This document shows, in pieces, positions 63,901 to 64,000 of a DNA stretch of 64,000 bases (position 1 is its first letter; each line of letters opens with the position of its first letter). Made by a program: the position numbers and the translations under genes. The DNA is taken from assembly GCF_006345805.1 (NCBI RefSeq), contig NC_043001.1:42284001-42348000 (forward strand), given 5' to 3'. Source of the stretch: Octopus sinensis. Taxonomy: Eukaryota. Under the pieces are notes generated by a model. The model was not told the DNA's origin and searched no databases. It saw only the letters and a list, made by a program, of their open reading frames with translations.

Positions 63901-64000
63901 TGGCCTTCATTAAGGGTTTCACTTCATTCCATGACCTAGCTATGTTATCCATGGCATCCATTATATGGAACTTCTTCCAGAACACTTTTAAACCATAGGT

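Overview
AT-rich, strongly CpG-depleted eukaryotic genomic DNA. The SINE/LINE families and C2H2 zinc-finger relics point to an Octopus-type cephalopod (inference from recalled repeat families, not a database hit). The window is mostly intron/intergenic DNA. One well-supported host coding exon is present: a KCTD-type BTB/POZ exon on the minus strand at 33430-33677. There is also a CpG-retaining, promoter-like zone at about 11-18 kb and a few weak exon candidates. The rest is a layered graveyard of mobile elements: three tRNA-derived SINE families, RTE-clade LINE fragments and 3' tails, a Penelope-like (GIY-YIG) element, R4/Dong-type RLE fragments, DD34D mariners, a DD37D maT element, non-autonomous Helitrons, a Ty3/gypsy gag relic and microsatellites. 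Nearly all ORFs in the supplied track are spurious (microsatellite or repeat translations) or TE fragments. The most notable signal is a set of hammerhead ribozyme (HHR) motifs read by eye: (1) two tandem type I HHRs 327 nt apart at 59.5-59.9 kb, the architecture of a non-LTR retrozyme; (2) a tRNA/Pol III-headed SINE-like element carrying a Penelope-type HHR at 47.9-48.2 kb; (3) a Penelope-type HHR with a palindromic helix III at 12.8 kb. A decayed Penelope RT/GIY-YIG ORF in the same window is a candidate partner lineage. All coordinates were counted by hand, so ends given for degraded repeats are approximate.
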